DNA from: Chiloscyllium plagiosum
Taxonomy: Eukaryota
Direction: 5' to 3'
DNA length: 64,000 nt
Assembly (NCBI RefSeq): GCF_004010195.1
Contig: NC_057720.1
Coordinates: 35,204,711-35,268,710, forward strand
Below the pieces are notes generated by a model, which had not been told where the DNA came from, did not search any database, and saw nothing but the letters and a program-made list of their open reading frames with translations. Below are positions 61,903 to 64,000 of the stretch, one piece after another. The stretch's first letter is position 1. Each line of letters begins with the position of its first letter. A program made the position numbers and the translations under genes.

Positions 61903-62815
61903 TTTCTGTAATTATACATCTGTGTACTAATATCTGCTTGAATCCTAGTTTGAAATGATAATGTCACTTCTCATGTTTTATAAGTTTAAAATTTTTTTAA
62001 AATCAGCAAGTTTGGACATGTTACAACATACCTCCACAGCAAGTAGGTACAATCAACATATCAAATTAACATATTAACTAAAACTTTTAAATTGTTATCT
62101 GAAATGTTGCATCATTCTACACCATGAGCAAACTCTTCCATATTGTATACATTTTTTTCATTCAAGATGACAATTTTGGCTGTGGATAAGAGAGCAAACT
62201 ATGATATATCAATCAGCCTCACATCATATATTGCTGCGTTTTTTTTCCTGTTTATTGACTTAAATGTCACAAAATTACCTAGCAGCAGATCCAATATCAC
62301 TTATTTCACTCTATTACCCAAAGCAACTCTCGTAGTTAGTCAATATGATTTCAGAAAAAGAGACATGTTTCAGCTTTCAAAGTAAATTTAATTTAGGATT
62401 TATGACTTCAGGCAATATAGTTGAATAAATTATAACATTTGATGATGATGGACCTTCAATTAAAGATTAAAACGTTAGAAACCAAAAAATGGGTCAATCA
62501 TCAGTTTAAGAATACCAATATATAGAGGCTGCTCCTTTGTTCTCATGGAAAACGGTTAACGAAGAATTGGAGTGGACTATCAAATCTTGAGCTTTATTAA
62601 TATTAAGGGTTCACACCCTTTCCCAAGGACAGATGACATTCTGGTTATATTAATTATTTAATTCTTAACATACTACAATCAATTTTGTTTGGTCATCTGC
62701 AATAAACAAAGTAAATTAAAATAAAAGAGTGATATTAACACCCAAAATAGTGATACCAAATAGGAAGAGGTCATGGATTATATACCTACTCAATTATGCT
62801 TAACTTCAAAATCTA

Positions 62816-63388
62816 AAAGACCATACGACATAGGAGTGGAGGTAAGGCCATTCGGCCCCTCGAGTCCACTCCGCCATTCAATCATGGCTGATGGGCATTT
62901 CAACTCCACTTACCTGCACTCTCCCCGTAGCCCTTAATTCCTTGTGACATCAAGAATTTATCAATCTCTGCCTTGAAGATATTTAGTGTCTCAGCCTCCA
63001 CTGCACTCTGCGGCAATGAATTCCACAGGCCCACCACTCTCTGGCGGAAGAAATGTCTCTGCATTTCTGTTCTGAATTTACCCCCTCTAATTCTAAGGTT
63101 GTGCCCACGGGTCCTAGTCTCCTCGCCTAACGGAAACAATTTCCTAGCGTCCACCCTTTCTAATAGTAACTTACCTTGTAAGTTACTATTAGATCTCCCC
63201 TTAATCTTCTAAACTCCAATGAATACAATCCCAGGATCCTCAGCCGTTCCTCATATGTTCATGCCAGGGATCATCCGTGTGAATCTCCGCTGGACACGCC
63301 CCAGTGCCAGTATGTCCTTCCTGAGGTGTGGGGACCAAAACTGGACACAATACTCCAAATGGGGCCTAACCAGAGCTTTATAAAGTCT
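62816..63388 (-). mobile_element. CR1 3' part
   Basis: [41 protein letters not shown]. Confidence 0.95.
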
Positions 63389-63389
63389 T

Positions 63390-64000
63390 TATAATGGGAC
63401 GATAGCAAACACCTCCCCTTGGAGTCACATTTCAAGTTGATCTAAGTGGTATTGATGCTGTTGCAGGGTATCTTTGTGTCACAAAGCTGGACTCTTTTTT
63501 TCCTAAAAGCTGTTCCTTGGTAATTAACCGGGCTGGGCTCCAAACAGTCTGGTGTGGTACAGAGATGAAAAGGATTTTGAGAGGCCTTTTGTTTATATGT
63601 ACACAGATGAGACTTCAGGCCAAAGTGGTCATGTTTTAGAAGTGACCTGTATAATGAAAGGGGAGTGGTCATTTCTTTAGCTAGGCTGAGTAGTTTTAGT
63701 TCAGTCTTGAACTGGGAAGTTCAACAGGGAGCAGTGTGGAAACTCTCTCTCTCTCTTTCTGCCCTTTAACTTCAACCTGTAAGCATGTGTTCTACTTATA
63801 CTGTTTTTTAAAGGGAATTTGCTTATTGGGACTGTTGTGTATATTCGGAACAGCATAAGTAAGTCTAGTTGGATAGGTTGGGTTCTGTAGGGGCTCCTTA
63901 TTCTGTTCTTTGTGTCTCATTATGTAATTTTGTGAATAAATTTTTGTCTAGTTTAAAATCTAGTAGTCAACCTAGCTATCTTACTCGGGTAATTTGCACT
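63390..64000 (+). mobile_element. Probable LTR, running off the window end
   Basis: TATAAT near 63650, CT tract, AATAAA at 63935; abuts the CR1 break. Confidence 0.5.

Overview
This is a vertebrate, CpG-depleted, transposon-dense window. HE1-type SINEs and HER1/CR1 LINEs point to a shark or other elasmobranch (inference). I recognise no host protein-coding gene, so the region reads as intronic or intergenic, with only weak candidate micro-exons and enhancers. Contents: (1) over 15 CR1 LINE fragments, including a young copy with an intact 749-aa EN/RT ORF and rearranged ends; (2) a decayed Gypsy LTR element with an inverted, relocated pol segment, and Tx1-like 3' ends nested at one motif in its 3' LTR; (3) six Penelope-type fold-back insertions carrying hammerhead-ribozyme-like cores; (4) a CR1/L2-group LINE whose 5' end is a tRNA-like SINE head, plus its short SINE partner; (5) Rex-Babar, RTE, L1, Tigger-like and Harbinger-associated Myb/SANT remnants; (6) one 341-N assembly gap. 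Family names come from recognised motifs, not database searches, and old-repeat boundaries are approximate.
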